A DNA stretch of 64,000 nt from Octopus vulgaris. Taxonomy: Eukaryota. Below, in pieces: positions 23,418 to 37,706 of the stretch. How positions within the stretch are numbered: position 1 is the stretch's first letter; every line of letters begins with the position of its first letter. Both the position numbers and the translations under genes were made by a program. Location: contig OX597822.1 of the NCBI GenBank assembly GCA_951406725.2, positions 5,766,001 through 5,830,000 on the forward strand. The letters are read 5' to 3'. Under the pieces are notes generated by a model. It saw nothing but the letters and a program-made list of their open reading frames with translations, was not told where the DNA came from and did no database searches.

Positions 23418-23983
23418 TGGTTAATAAATGTCTTTTGTTGGATGAATGAGTCAAAATTTAAAAGTAAGCCACAAGTCAGAACCTGATCATTTCCTGTATT
23501 ATATTGTTATCATCTCTGATTCCATGTTGATTAATTAAAACCATTTGAAGAGACGGTACAAATTGTACAAAACTATCTCATGATCCAGTATGTCAAATGA
23601 AAGAAATAGACCAAGAAGTAGGAGATGTGAATGAACATTTTTATGGGCATTATTTTGGATATTGTTGTTAATTCTGAGAATCAAAATCTCAAAGATGCAT
23701 TCACTTTTGTACTCTGGAAAATTCTAAGAATGCGCATTTGTGTTTGAGATGTTCATCAAGACAATGATTTACGCATATTCTGGAAGAACAGCTAAATAAG
23801 AAATAAGCTTTCTTGCAAATATTTCATTTTGAAATGATACAAATCTTTGAATAATTAAAACTGATTCCACAAACACCATAAATACAGGACTGGCACAAAA
23901 TTCCCCTTAATCCCACACAGCTGTGAATATCACAATTCTTCTCCAAGACATTAATGTCAATGAATATTAGAATGGCATTTTAA

Positions 23984-24614
23984 CCCTTTAGCATTTAGTA
24001 TATAAACTGGCCATACCTGTCAGTTTTAAAATGTTTGTATTTAAATTAAAAACTCTCATTACAATTTTGTGTGAAATTCTTCTGTTGTGTTCCTGTCACC
24101 AGATTAATAACAGAAAAGTTAGTTATTTTAACTAAATACTTCAGGTTCTTAATTATTTAAAAAATTAATTAAAAAATTTCATATAGTTTCTGTCAGTAGA
24201 TTGGAGGATGTCAGTTACATAACAATGAATCAAATACAATTGTAAACAAGGAAGACATCCTTAAAAGTATACACCCTCCCGCATTGTAGGCCCCTTGGGT
24301 AAATGTCTTCTTACAATAACTCCTGGCTGACTAAAACCTTGTGTGTAGAATTGAGTAAGTGCAGGCATTGTTTGTATGGTAAGAGGCTTGCTTCCCAACC
24401 ACATGGTTCCGGATTCAATCCCATTGTGCTGCACCAGTTTTATGTTCAAACTATGAAAATATAGCCTCTTACACCTACCCTACAATATCATTATAAAGAT
24501 ATACAATCAGATCATCAAAATCTCGAAGCTATGAGATAATGCATGATTAATTCAAAATGAAGTGGAAAAAAAAAAACCCATTACATATAACAGAATAATC
24601 TGAATGCTAAAGGG
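23984..24614 (-). mobile_element. piggyBac-type MITE with internal insertions
   Basis: TTAA|CCCTTTAGCATT...AATGCTAAAGGG|TTAA. Reverse orientation relative to the copies at 25728 and 31409. Confidence 0.75.
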
Positions 24615-25727
24615 TTAATTCGCCTCCATTCATAATTAGGGCCTTGTATTGTTGAAATTTTTAAAGAAACAAGGTGAAATTGTACACTTTTGTTTTTTCT
24701 TTTTATTTCTCTATTTCCAACTTGCATTGTTGTGGTTTCTCAAACACATTTAATTCTATTTACAGTTCTTCCAATAAATTTCATTGCACTGCTATAGTGA
24801 AGTGTTTTCATTTCCTCTGTTGAACCAAAGAAATATATCCTTTATGTCATCATTAAGATTTTACTGTTTGCTCATTAACCAATAATACAACTGAGTTATT
24901 ACATTTCAAATAATGTAATTTCTTTCATTATCAACGTTCTACATAATATGTAAGTGACAACAAAAATCTTTTTGAACGAGGTGTCTCTCTCTAATTAAAT
25001 ATTATAACTCTCAATATTTACTTCTCTTAAGGTATCAAGCTGGCAGAATCATTAGCATACCTGGCAAAATGCTTAGTGGTATTTCGTTCATCATTATGCT
25101 CTGTGTTCAAATTCTGACAAGGTTGACTTTGCCTTTCAGCCTTTCAGGATCAATAAAATATCAGTTGAGCACAAGTTAATTGACTTGACCCCTCTCCCAA
25201 GACTGTTAGCCTTGTGCCAAAATTTGAAACCGATATTTCTCTTCCAAAGTTCTTATTTACATCATCGCGGGCATGGCTGTGTGGTTAGGGAGCTTGCTTC
25301 CTAACTGCATGGTTTCGGGTTCAGTCCCACTGCGTGGCACTTTGGGTAGCTGTCTTCCACTATAGCCCCGAGCTGACCGGAGCTTTGTGATTGAATTCGG
25401 CAGGCGGGAGTTACTGCCGTGTGTGTATGTGTGCATATAGCTGCTCAGTGCCTCTCCGAAAGAGAGAGAGAGGGACGTTAAACGAACTCCCACCTCTACT
25501 GAAATGGTGTTTGTTCTTTCAATGATGACATCGGAAAAAAAAGCTAGGTCATGCATTTGTTCTTACCAACTACAGTCTACCCACACACGATATTCAATTT
25601 CCATGCTCCCTTCACAGGAACCTGTTATTAAAATGTCATGCACAGTGTTTTATTATTCTAGCTAATCTCATATAGGTGATACATGAAAGTTTTCCCTTGT
25701 TTATCATTAAATCTTCAGCTTTCTTAA

Positions 25728-26351
25728 CCTTTTAGTATTCAGATCATTCTGTGAAATGCAATGCTTATTTACTCTTTTACTCTTTCACTTGTTTCAGTCA
25801 TTTGACTGCGGCCATGCTGGAGCACCGCCTTTAGTCGAGCAAATCGACCCCAGAACTTATTCTTTGTAAGCCCAGTACTTATTCTATCGGTCTCTTTTGC
25901 CGAACTGCTAAGTGACGGGGAGGTAAACACACCAGCATCGGTTGTCAAGCAATGCTAGGGGGACAAACACAGACATACAAACACACATATATATATATAT
26001 ACATATATACGACAGGCTTCTTTCAGTTTCCGTCTACCAAATCCACTCACAAGGCATTGGTCGGCCCAGAGCTATAGCAGAAGGCACTTGCCCAAGGTGC
26101 CACGCAGTGGGACTGAACCCGGAACCATGTGGTTGGTTAGCAAGCTACTTACCACATAGCCACTCCTGCGCCTTATTCACATTGTTTTGAATTAATTAGG
26201 CATTATCACATAGCTTCGAGATTTTGATGATGTGATTGCTTATTTTTAGAATAACATTGTAGGGTAGGTATGAGAGGACTGATCTGGTTGGTTTGAACTT
26301 AAAACAAGTAGAATATTCTGGTCAGATGTGGCCGGTTTAACTGCTAATGGG
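25728..26351 (+). mobile_element. piggyBac-type MITE interrupted by SINE A
   Basis: TTAA|CCTTTTAGTATT...CTGCTAATGGG|TTAA with a SINE inserted after ATGCTTATTTA. Confidence 0.75.
25772..26172 (-). mobile_element. SINE family A, full length
   Basis: Reverse complement of the 30553 copy. Confidence 0.92.
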
Positions 26352-26368
26352 TTAAATAGTCACTCTGA

Positions 26369-26590
26369 TTGTTAGGTTTTACAATCACTGATGATCTCTC
26401 GTTACAATGTCTAGGACTGCATCTCAAAGACTGGCCTTCTTTTCAGAGTCAGAAAATACTTAAACCCCAAACAGTTGCTCAGACTCATCAAAGCTCTAGT
26501 GAGGACCACAACAAAGCATGCTCCCACATCTGGGACAGCACTGTTGACTTGCACACAGATATTCTGGACAACATCCAGAAAAGGGCCCTT
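26369..26590 (+). mobile_element. CR1/L2-group LINE RT C-terminal remnant
   Basis: Across frames: LGFTITDDLS / RVRKYLNPKQLLRLIKALVR / CSHIWD / DILDNIQKRA. Confidence 0.6.
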
Positions 26591-26630
26591 ATATTATTAT
26601 GTATATGTATATGTATACACACACACACAC

Positions 26631-26674
<44 letters not shown>

Positions 26675-27161
26675 ATATACGACAGGCCTCTGTCAGTTTC
26701 TGTCTACAAAATCCATTCACAAGGCTTTGGTTGGCCTGAGGCTATAGTAGAAGACACTTACTCAAGGTGTCGTGCAGTGGGGCTGAACCTGGAACGATGT
26801 GGTTGGGAAGCAAGGCTCTTACCACACAGCCACTATGGTGTACCGTGTCCTAATGGCCATAGCTTCTTCTGTTTCTCGAGTGAAAGAAGTTCATTGACAC
26901 AGCAAGTACAGAGCTGGATGCACAAACCATCAATCGGAATGAGCTCAAACATTGCTTTTACTCTCAATGCTGATATCATTCTTCAGTATAAACACTCTCT
27001 GACTGAATCAATATAATTATTGCTCTACTCACTGAAAGATCAATGATTCTTTAATCTATCTTCTGTGATTTGCTCTATCCATGACTGTACAGCAATTCAA
27101 CATTGCACGAAATTTAAGCAGAGTCGTTATTTGTGGCAGCGTCGTTGTTGCCCTTGTTATT

Positions 27162-27961
<800 letters not shown>

Positions 27962-28159
27962 TTTAATATCATTTCAACTTCCACTTTACTGGGTCTGTAT
28001 GGCTCAGACAGAATCCATTGAGGCAGAATTTCCACAGCTGTTTCTACTTTCCTCGTCTGTTTCCAAGAAATGGAATATTTCTCTCATAACGGAGCATGTT
28101 TTCAGGGGAGATTGAAAACAAATGTTTCTTTCAAACATAATCAATCAAATCAACTCTCA

Positions 28160-28490
28160 AGTCTTTGGTTGGCCCAGGACTATAGTAAAACACACCTGAG
28201 ATGCCAAAAAGTGGGGCAGAGCCTGAAATGTTTGGTTGGCCTAGGACTATAGTAAAAGACAGGAGGTGCCAAAAAGTGGGACAGAGCCTGAAATCTTTGG
28301 TTAGTCCAGGACCATATTAGAAGATATACAAGGTGCCAAACAGTGAGACAGAATCCGAAATCCTTGGTTAGCCCTGGACTATAGTAAAAGACACACAAGG
28401 TGCCAATCAGTGGGACAGAGCCTGAAATCTTTGGTTGGCCAAGGACTATAGTAAAAGACACACAAGCTGCCAAACTGTGGGACAGAACCC
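28160..28490 (-). repeat. SINE A-derived minisatellite, 5 x ~66 bp
   Basis: Unit TTTGGTTGGCC.AGGACTATAGTAAAAGACA..CAAGGTGCCAA..AGTGGGACAGAGCCTGAAA is the reverse complement of the B-box/CORE-like part of SINE A. The head continues to ~28545. Confidence 0.85.
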
Positions 28491-28599
28491 AAAATAGAGT
28501 GATTGGGAAGTAAGATTCTTAACCACACAACTACTCCTGTTCCTAATACATACACAACCATTCCCATGCTTCGTAAAAAGCAAAAAAAGTTAAAGCTAA

Positions 28600-28831
28600 C
28601 TTCTGAAGTCATGCTGATTCATAAGAGCCAGTTTCCGTGGGTTCATGATGTAGATATTCTTCACCTGGACGGGACGCCAGTCTGTTGCAAGATTACTCAC
28701 TTTTGCAAGCTGAATGGACTGAAGCAATGTGAAACGAAGTGTGTTGCTCAACGTGTCATCCAGTCCAGCAATTGAAACCACAATCTTACGATCATGAGTC
28801 CAACACCTTAACCACTAAGCCGCATGCCTCC
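28600..28831 (-). mobile_element. tRNA-derived SINE, V-domain-like
   Basis: Minus strand: GGAGGCATGCGGCTTAGTGGTTAAGG...GGTTTCAATTGC...ACAGACTGGCGTCCCGTCCAGG. Confidence 0.65.
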
Positions 28832-29394
28832 ATTTCAGCTATGCCTCATAGCCATACCTGTACCTAGTTTTGATTATCAAATAGTGTATAGTTAGCAAAT
28901 ATTTCAACAGTCTGCGGTTAAAGTCTTTCTGTAATTATGTTTACACAATAGCAGTTTCATTTCAAACAATGGTTCTACACTCACTACACCATAAAAGTAG
29001 ACCTAATATAAATGTTATATGCTGGTCACTTTTGTTGGTTTAGAATACTATTATGTAAAACTATTTAAAAAGAATTAAGATATATATTGTTGTAATTGTT
29101 ATATCATTGAATGTTTTTTCCCTCTGGAAATCTACAGTTTATGAACCAAGTCTGATAACAGACCATTGAGTTAAAAGAAGAGCTTCTAAGCCTGCTAAAA
29201 ATAACAGGCAAATTCTCTTCAAATCAAACTCTGTGGCATATAAAATGTACCCAGTACTCTCTGTGAAACAGTTAGCATTAGGAAGGGCATCCAGATGTAG
29301 AAACCATGCCAAGATATGAAATTGAAACCTGATGCAGCCCTGCAGTTGATCCGTTCCTTGTCCAACCTATGCCCAAATGGAAAGTGGACATTAA

Positions 29395-29429
<35 letters not shown>

Positions 29430-30199
29430 TAATATAGTCGGAGAAACCCCTGATAAAAAAAGACACAATGAACACAACTGGAATACTTTTGAATAGTTCT
29501 GCATGACAAATTGGCAGTCATTAGAGTGTTGGATAGAATGCCTTGTGGTATGTGGCCTGAGTCTCTGCACTCTGAGTTCAAATCCTGCTAAGGTTATCCT
29601 TGCCTTTCATTCTTTCAGGTTCATAACCATGAATACCTGTTGGATGGATGATTGTGGAGATAATGGTAGGGTAATATGATATTGAGTAATTATAGAAGAG
29701 AGGTTGGGTGGTAGGTTAATGAGTGATTGTGGGAGAGAGAGGTGGGGGTGGTATGATAAGGGATGAGAATGAAGGGACTGAGTATAGACAAGTCAGATGC
29801 CATCCCTTGCTATAGAGGCTGCATGGTGTAGTGAAAATGACAGAGAGTAAAAGGAGCTAAGACGGTAGATTGAGACTTAAGAGGAGCACTGGACAACAGA
29901 CCAAGCTCCATCACTATCACCATTATATTGAGCACCATAGAGCTGTGCTTATGCAGATATGTGTGTCCTCTTTGGTAATCAGAGTTCTTTGTACTCACAG
30001 TAGATAGAGACTTAATGGGAGTATTTTCTTGAAAAAAGAAACCCTTTGTTGCCTGCAGAAGCAACAGTTCCTTAAATTTTTCCACCATGTCCTCAGTCTG
30101 GCAACTGTACAGTGTTCTTAAGCCATCTATTCTAGCCTCCTCAGTGATTACTACCAGATCAGTGAGAGGGACCTATCAAACATTTTTCAGATTGACAAA

Positions 30200-31011
30200 T
30201 CTTTATATATAAAAGAGAGGTTGTGTGCTGTCTGTCTCCTACGATTTAGATTCCTAACTACTCCCACATTTTGCGGTGCAGTTTAACCAAAACCGGGTAT
30301 CTTATAGTCGTGATTCATATCGAGCCCTTCTGGGTATTAGAGCGCATCTACGATGAGTCTACGATTTAAAAAAAAAATTACCATAAATTTTTCCCATTTT
30401 TAATGCATTTTTGGCATATATAAGGGAAGTAACTCTCTAAAAATTTATTATTAAATCTCAGAACGTAAAAAGCTACAGTAACACCCCCCCCCTTTGTGGT
30501 TAGCCATATTGAGATGACTATTATACTTTACATCTCTAAAAATGCTTATATAGGCGCAGGAGTGGCTGTGTGGTAAGTAGCTTGTCTACCACCCACATGG
30601 TTCCGGGTTCAGTCCCACTGTGTTGCACCTTGGGCGAGTGTCTTCTGCTATAGCCTCGGGCCGGCCAATGCCTTGTGAGTGGATTTGGTAGACGGAAACT
30701 GAAAGAAGCCCGTCGTATATATGTATATGTATGTGTGTGTGTTTGTGTGTCTGTGTTTGTCCCTCTAGCATTGTTTGACAACCGATGCTGGTGTGTTTAT
30801 GTCCCCGTTACTTAGCGGTTCGGCAAAAGAGACCGATAGAATAAGTACTGGGCTTACAAAAAGAATAAGTCCCGGGGTCGAGTTGCTCGATTAAAGGCGG
30901 TGCTCCAGCATGGCCGCAGTCAAATGACTGAAACAAGTAAAAGAGTAAAAAAGAAAGAGAGAGAGAGTTATTTCCCTTACAAACCTGAGCAACGCCGGGT
31001 GATACTGCTAA
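30200..31011 (+). mobile_element. Non-autonomous Helitron interrupted by SINE A
   Basis: A|TC start at 30200 and hairpin plus CTAA|T end. The uninterrupted junction ATGCTTATATAGTTATTTCCC is seen in the 23042 copy. Confidence 0.85.
30553..30966 (+). mobile_element. SINE family A, full length
   Basis: GGCGCAGGAGTGGCTGTGTGGTAAG...AAGTAAAAGAG. Confidence 0.92.
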
Positions 31012-31452
31012 TGCTAAATATAGTAGCTTCTTACTTCTAAGCACTTCTGAAGTTATCTCACTAGGAATATGACATTAGTGGTACTTCTGCATCTCATCCA
31101 GGGTAACTGTGTTCCTTGTCAATTTTGCGACAGTTCTTTCTGTAACTTTCATAACGAGCTGATACCTCTATAGATAGTAGCCTCTCTTAAGTGTGTCTCT
31201 TTTGTTCTTGTAGCAATTGACAATGATATTGTTATGCCAGTCACTAAGTGTGATACCTTTCTGCATTACCTGATTCAAAAGGCTAGCGCATGACCTATTT
31301 CACCAGATGTTTTAAGCATCCCAACAACTGTCTCTCTGATGGACCAACTGCTTTCCCCGCCTTCATTCACTTGATCATCTTTATATATTCTACTGCTGTC
31401 AACTTTAACCCTTTATTATTCAGATTATTCTGTTGAATGCAATGTTTATTTA

Positions 31453-31860
31453 CTCTTTTACTCTTTTACTCTTTTACTTGTTTCAGTCATTTGACTGCGG
31501 CCATGCTGGAGCACCGCCTTTAGTCGAGCAAATCGACCCCGGGACTTATTCTTTGTAAGCCCAGTACTTATTCTATCGGTCTCTTTTGCCGAACCGCTAA
31601 GTGACGGGGACGTAAACACACCACCATCGGTTGTCAAGCAATGCTAGGGGGGCCAAACACAGACACACAAACACACACATACATATATATATATATATAC
31701 ATATATACGACAGGCTTCTTTCAGTTTCCGTCTACCAAATCCACTCACAAGGCATTGGTCGGCCCGGGGCTATAGCAGAAGACATTTGCCCAAGATGCCA
31801 CGCAGTGGGACTGAACCTGGAACCATGTGGTTGGTAAACAAGCTACATACAACACAGCCA
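31453..31860 (-). mobile_element. SINE family A
   Basis: Near-identical to 25772-26172, missing about 10 bp at the 5' end. Confidence 0.92.
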
Positions 31861-32021
31861 CATTCACATTAATCTAAATTAATCACTCATTATCTTATAA
31901 CTTTTAAATTTCAATGGTGTACTTGCTTGTTTTTAAAACGTAGAGTAGGTGTGAGATGTTGGATCTGCCCAGTTTGGACCCAAAACAGGTAGAATACTTT
32001 GGCTGGAAAAGGCTGGTTTAA

Positions 32022-32242
32022 CCCTTTTGTTACTGTATTTATTTTGAGATGCTCTGTATTTCTTTCAATTACTTTAAATATAACGAAGAATTTAGTAAAA
32101 TAACTTACTTATCATTCAGCTAGTGTTAGCAACATAAATTGTGACTAAGGTTTGGTGGAAGATTTTAATTCAAAACTTACAAAAACAAGACATTTGTACT
32201 ACAGAGTCAGAGCCGGTTTCAGCCGGGTTGGTAACGAAAGGG
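32022..32242. mobile_element. Second piggyBac-type MITE nested at an internal TTAA
   Basis: TTAA|CCCTTTTGTTAC...GTAACGAAAGGG|TTAA. Confidence 0.8.
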
Positions 32243-33567
32243 TTAAATACTAAAGGGTTAATGACTGGGCCCTCTGCTGGGTCTACTAGGGCTAGACTCT
32301 CTCTCCCTTGCCTCAGCCTAATCCAACTGCATCGCAATAGCAACCAGTGCTTCTCTCTTTTGCTATCAGTCAGATCAATGCATAGTTTATCATTTCCCAT
32401 GCATCTCTGTGCATCTCTCTCCAGTATACTACTTTCCATCCAAAACACCTCATACCTCTGATCCACACATCACAGAACTGGTACAATCTTCTCCATTCCT
32501 GCTTCTGCTTCCTCCTTTTTTTCTAATATCTCCAAGCCTGTATCTTAGCTTTTATGATTCTATCCACTACCAAGTACTATTCTATAGTTATGTTACCTTT
32601 TGTATATCTTAGAATCTCTCACCATATTTGTAAATCCATTGCAATAAACACTATATCCAAACAGGTTTCCTAACATAAATAGTCAATTGGTTGTAAGCCC
32701 AACATTGTAACCATTGTGCAGATGGAATTTTCTTCCTTTGGAAATTTATGGACAATAGCATTAAACAAGTTGTTTAGCTTTAGGTATTTTCGCCAATGTC
32801 TATTCCAGAAAATCTTAATATATAATAAATATATAAACAAATAAAAGAAGACAAAATGCAAAGATACAAGAAATTGGTGTTTTCTTAATATAATGGTACT
32901 ATAAACTGCATGAATATTGTATATTAGTGTCAACCAAGCAAATTATTGCTTTTTTCCTTTTCTTTTCTATTCATGTCCTCTTTTTCGTTTCTCTTACATT
33001 CCTACACACATTATAAAGATATTTGGTCCAGTAATTATTAGTTTGGAACTGGTTCCAGTATCTACAGAATAATGGATGTGGAGGTATTGCTATATTAAGA
33101 TCAGATACGAAACATAGCTTCAGATTTTAATATCAGATGGAACTCTTTGGAAAGTGAAAGGATTTGCTTATTGAAGACTCGGCTTTCAGAGTGTTTGGAA
33201 TATTTCCCTAAAACCTCTGTTAGCTTCTTTTAACACACAAACAACCACACACACACACACACACACACAGACACACACAGATACACACACACACACACAA
33301 CCATGTATGCATACTTTCACATAGACTCACATAACTGCATGTGTGTGTGTGTGTGTGTGTGAACTATATATTTACATATTTATAAATGTATGTGTTTCAA
33401 TATAGATGTGTGGATGTGTGTGTGCATATGTGTAATGTCTGTATGTATCTGTTAGTGAATCTATCTGCACCTTTATGTACAAATACTTGTATCTATAATT
33501 AATTGCATGCATATATATTTAGTGTGTGTGTATGTTCATATATATATACACACACAAAATGTCATCA

Positions 33568-34000
<433 letters not shown>

Positions 34001-34721
34001 CATGCACATATGCACACACACGCAGAAATGTATACCAATAACTATTTTTTGTTTCCTTCTTACTACACTAGCTGATATTAAAATCAGCACCTAAAGTCTG
34101 AGAGTGTGAGAAGGTAAGAGACAGACAGACAGACAGACAGATATATAGATAATGATGATAGAAAGATAAAGAGGAAGAGAGTGAGAGAGAATTTATGAAA
34201 AATGACTTGAGAAATTCTTTCCTCTCTACAAGACAGTCAGTAGTATTGAAGAATTTGGTTGTTTGGCTAACCACAGTCACTGGACAAACATTGCTGATGT
34301 GTTTCAATTATTCACACCAAGCACAAAACCATTTTCGTTCTTGCTGCTTTCTTTGGCTCTCCTGGTTATTCTTCTGGGTCACTGGCCTGCATGTTATTAT
34401 TAGATATCCTATCGCTGATGTGGCGTGAGGGTTGAAGGTGTGATGGAGAAATAAGTCGTTCATGAATGGAATAAATAAAAGAAAGAGAATGAATAGCTTG
34501 TGTGGAGTTTCAATTCTCAGTTGGAAATAGTTTCGCTGTTCAGTTAGTGTTGTTGAATTTGTAGATGTGCAGTGGTTTATTTGAAGAAGAGAGGAAGGTG
34601 GTGGATAGAATGTAGGTGGGAGGAAAACAAAGAGAGATCAAAGAGAAATAAGCCAAATAAACGTTATAACTGCCACAGTCCATCCACTTCTTTTCTTTTT
34701 CCTTTCTTTACAGTGATGTAT

Positions 34722-34871
34722 TGATGATGATGATGATGATGATGATGAGGAGGAGGAGGAGGAGGATGATGATGATGATGATGATGATGAGGATGATGAT
34801 GATGATGATGTTAATGATGATGATGATGATGTTAATGATGATGATGATGATGATGTTGATGATGATGATGT

Positions 34872-34903
<32 letters not shown>

Positions 34904-34931
34904 TTGATGATGATGATGGTGGTGATGTTGA

Positions 34932-34965
<34 letters not shown>

Positions 34966-34999
34966 GGTGGTGGTGGTGGTGATGATGATGATGATGATG
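34722..34999. repeat. (GAT)n/(GGT)n array
   Basis: Read directly from the sequence. Confidence 0.95.
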
Positions 35000-35219
35000 G
35001 CAGAAACGTTAGCATGCCGGCCGAAATGCGTAGCGGTATTTCATCTGCCGTTACGTTCTGAGTTCAAATTCCGCCGAAGTCAACTTTGCCTTTCATCCTT
35101 TCGGGGTCAATAAATTAAGTAGCAGTTACGCACTGGGGTCAATGTAATCGACTTAATCCGTTTGTCTGTCCTTGTTTGTCCCCTCTATGTGTAGCCCCTT
35201 GTGGGTAGAAAAGAAATAG
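34998..35219 (+). mobile_element. SINE family B (central domain GCCTTTCATCCTTTCGGGGTCGATAAA..AGTACCAG)
   Basis: TGGCAGAAACGTTAGC head and B-box GAGTTCAAATTCC. Other copies at 25030-25230, 38960-39180, 49628-49858 (-), 50191-50404, 50675-50890, 59176-59370 and 61378-61617 (-). Confidence 0.85.
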
Positions 35220-35939
35220 ATGATGATGATGATGATATTGAGGGTGATTAGGATGGTGGTAATGATGATGATGATGATGATGATGATGATTGTGGTGGTG
35301 GTGACGATGATAATGATGATGTGGTTCCAGCCACATTATCCAGTATATCCTTTTCTAAGATAGCAAGGAGCGATTTGTGAGGGAGATTTGGCTGATATTT
35401 CTTGTAAGTAGTGTGACTGCATAGTGGCTGAGTTTTTGGCACATTGGTGGTTGTTTGTGACAGTGGTGGTGGTTGTCATGGTGATGATGGGGGTGATGGC
35501 GGTGATGGTGATGATATGATGGTGAAGATAGTGGTGATGGTGACGGTGGCAGTGATAATGATGATGCTGATGATGATGATAGTAACTGGTGGTGTTAATA
35601 TCTGTAATGAAGTTGATCAAATATGGTAGTGTTGCCACCTTGTCAACTTTATCCCTCCTTCTTTTTCTCAACCCTGACACTAACCCCTTTTCTCTCCCTT
35701 GTTCCTCATCATACTCCCCCAGCTTGTCCTCTTACTTGCAATCTTTCATACGTCCACCTAGGATCATCATCCTCTCTCTTTTCTGTCCTCTCAATAATAG
35801 GGGCCACTTAAAGCCTTAGTCTTCCAAGTTATGAGATGATAATCACTGGAACTGGGTAAGCTTGTCCCCATTACTCTGTAAGAAGCATAGAACCGTGACC
35901 ATTTCATGCCCGTGGTTGTGACCTTGGGCAACCTCCTTG

Positions 35940-36370
35940 ATCCCACACCAATATAGACTGATATTCCAGCTTCCCTCTTTCCTTCAGGTTCCCAGTCAAA
36001 CATTTGTCTTGCAATGCTGCTTGGGGGTCTCCTTAGATCCAGCCCCGTTTCCTGTTCAGAATTTATTGCTTTTAGACCAAGAGAGACCTATCACTTTTGC
36101 TTCATCTTCCATGCATCCATCCCAGGTCTTCTTAGGTTGTTCAACTTTCCTCTTTCTTTCAGATTGCTAATCTCACCCCTATCTTGTAATGCAGCTTGGA
36201 GGTCCTCTTCTTAGAGGGTGACCAATTCAGCCCCATTTCCTTTTCAGAATTTCTTGATTGATGGCAGTTTGGTTTCTTTGATCCCATAAACTTGTGCTTA
36301 AAATTTTTTATGGCCACCAGATCTTGAGAATGTAGCAGAAACATTTGGTGATGAAGGTCTGTAGATTACT
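35940..36370 (-). mobile_element. Third RTE-clade family, decayed C-terminal fragment
   Basis: LQTFITKCFCYILKIWWP*...QEILKRKWG*IGHPLRR and LRRPPSSIARQMFDWEPEGKR. Confidence 0.65.
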
Positions 36371-36647
36371 GGGGTCATGAATAAAATGCCATGTATGTTG
36401 GAGCATGATGTAGTCCTCCAATTTGTTAGACCCTGTCAAACTAACCAGGCCATGCCAGCATGAATGCAGCATGTTAAATGATGACGACAATAATGATGAT
36501 GATGACAATGATGATGATGAGAATGATGATGATGATGACGATGATGATGATAATAATGACAATGAGGACGACGCTGATGATGATGATAATGATGATAATT
36601 GCTGAGTACAAAATGGTCACCACTATCCTATTTGTTATTATAAATGA

Positions 36648-37370
36648 TATCATCATTGTTTAACGTCTGTTTTCCATGCTAGCATGGGTTGGACAGTTCA
36701 ACCAGGATCTGGGAAGCCAGGAGGCTGCACCAGGCTCCAGTCTGATCTGGCAGTGTTTTTACAGCTGGACGTCCTTCCTAAGGCCAACCACTCTGTGAGT
36801 GTGGTGGGTGCTTTTTACATGCCACCAGCACAGGGCCCAGAGGAGGCTGGCAATGGCTATGATCAGGTGGTGCTTTTTGCATGCCACTGACAATGAAGCC
36901 AGCCAAGGCAGCACTGGCATTGGCCACGTTCGGATAGTGCTTTTTGCGTGCCACTGGCACGGGTGTCACAACTACAATTTCCATTTGATTTTTATTTTGA
37001 CGTTGATGTACTTGACTCAATAGGTCACCGCAAGCACGGCAGGTCACCCCACGATCTAAGGTAAGCACAGCAGGCTGTCCTGCGATCCAAGGTACTTTGA
37101 ATGGGCTGGGGCTGCTATGTGAAGCTGGTGTAGGATACAGCCATGAACTCACTTTATTTGTTGGGTCTTCGCAGTCACAGCATATCTCCAGAGGTCTTGG
37201 TCTTTCGTCATTGCCTCTGTGAGGCCCAACTTTTGAGGGTCATGCTTGATCACTTCATCCCATGTCTTCCTGGGTCTACTTCTACCCCAGATTCCTTCAG
37301 CTGTTTGGGAGTGGCACTTCTTCACACATCTCTCCCCATCCATCCATAGTACATGACCATACCAGCGCAA
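36648..37370 (-). mobile_element. RTE 3' end
   Basis: ORF 37149-37370 (RWYGHVLWMD...GRSRPRKTWDEVIKHD...LWRYAV) followed by the 3' UTR. Confidence 0.88.
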
Positions 37371-37639
37371 ACATATATAATCATTTTGATCATCAGAAGT
37401 GGAATTTGAATCTTATCCTCCTGGAATTGATAAAATAATGGACCAGTCATATTCTTAGGGAGATTCAATCCTTCTCCTCACTCCACACCACTACATACTC
37501 TATATACTCATGCATTTGGTAAATATCTTAAATATTATCATGAAACTGGGGCAAAATGTGGATCCTCTGATCTATTGAATCCTGTCTAACAGTCCAATCC
37601 ATGCCACTATAGAAAAACGGATGTATAAATGATGATGAA

Positions 37640-37706
<67 letters not shown>

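Larger units (their letters stand above)
29860..31404 (-). mobile_element. Old, deleted RTE LINE split by a Helitron
   Basis: 31060-31400 encodes MKAGKAVGPS / SDWHNNIIVNCYK / VMKVTER. 30040-30170 encodes DLVVITEE / KFKELLLLQATKGF. Confidence 0.65.
31409..32257 (+). mobile_element. piggyBac-type MITE carrying a SINE A and a second MITE
   Basis: TTAA|CCCTTTATTATT...ATACTAAAGGG|TTAA. Confidence 0.75.

Noticed and set aside
23555-23800. Coding-looking stretch (KEIDQEVGDVNEHF / ILDIVVNSENQNLKDAFTF)
   Set aside because: Short, interrupted by stops, with no recognisable domain or splice signals.
28160-28490. Regularly spaced repeats superficially like a CRISPR array
   Set aside because: No unique spacers, the units derive from SINE A, the context is eukaryotic and there are no cas genes.
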